64,000 nt of DNA from Neocallimastix sp. 'constans'. Its lineage: Eukaryota. Positions 63,301 to 64,000 of this stretch are shown here, one piece after another. The notes below the pieces were generated by a model. That model saw only the letters and a list, made by a program, of their open reading frames with translations, searched no databases and was not told the DNA's origin. The stretch lies in the NCBI GenBank assembly GCA_050613775.1, contig JBODTK010000113.1, positions 434,001 to 498,000 of the forward strand, given 5' to 3'. Numbering within the stretch: the stretch's first letter is position 1; the number at the start of each line of letters is the position of its first letter. A program made the translations under genes and the position numbers.

Positions 63301-64000
63301 AAAAATATCCTTATTTTATTTATATTTAAATTTATATTTGTTATTACTGAATATTTTAGTTAATAATTTTTTTTTTTAACATATGTTATATAATTTTATA
63401 TCTTCTAAATAGTACTTTTTATATAATTATTATTATTATTTAAAAGTATCATACAATTATTAATATTCATCCTATTTATAATTAATTATTCTTTTATTAT
63501 TAATAAATATATTCTAACATTACAAATTAGGTAAGTCAAAAATTTGATAATTATTTTATTTAATATTATTAAAGTTAAAATTAATATTTTTTAATATTTT
63601 TCCTTTTTTTTAAAAAATATATTTTCAATTAAATATTATTTTTTCATCTTTTTTTTTTTAAATTTTTATTATTATTATTATAAATATTTTTCTTTTCAAT
63701 ATTAATTTTTATATATATTATATTTGAATAATATAATATATTAATAATATAATCCAATATAATATCTGAAAGAGTATACCAAAATTTATAATATTTTATT
63801 TTATAGTTATTTCTAATAATTTTAAAAAATAGTTAAATAATGAATTTATATATATATATAAAATAAGCTTTTATTTTTTATTACATCTATATGATCAAAA
63901 AATATATATATATATATATATATTTAGAAGTACGATTTTCTTCTTTTTATATATATATATATTTATTAATTTTAAATAAAAAAAATATTTTAAACATATA

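Overview
Extremely AT-rich eukaryotic genomic DNA with long poly-A/T and (TAT)n tracts and GT-AG introns. Composition and gene families (lineage-typical ankyrin repeats, CBM18, Agd3-like proteins) point to an anaerobic gut fungus (Neocallimastigomycota); this assignment is an inference. Supported protein genes: an ankyrin-repeat protein cut by the window start; two tandem intronless secreted proteins with Thr-rich stalks and a bacterial-type choice-of-anchor-A domain, one with CBM18; a 150-aa orphan with an LIR/AIM-like motif; an Mpv17/PMP22-family membrane protein; a calcyphosin-like EF-hand protein; calnexin; and a head-to-head pair of Agd3/CE18-like deacetylases, one with substituted metal ligands. 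Mobile DNA: a ~3.06-kb decayed Mutator-like element (TIRs, 9-bp TSD, internal inverted minisatellite arrays), a related 260-bp MITE and further transposase fragments. The main unexplained signal is a ~320-nt GC-enriched non-coding island near 60 kb with many complementary segments, a candidate structured RNA. All family calls come from motif recognition by eye; no database searches were run.
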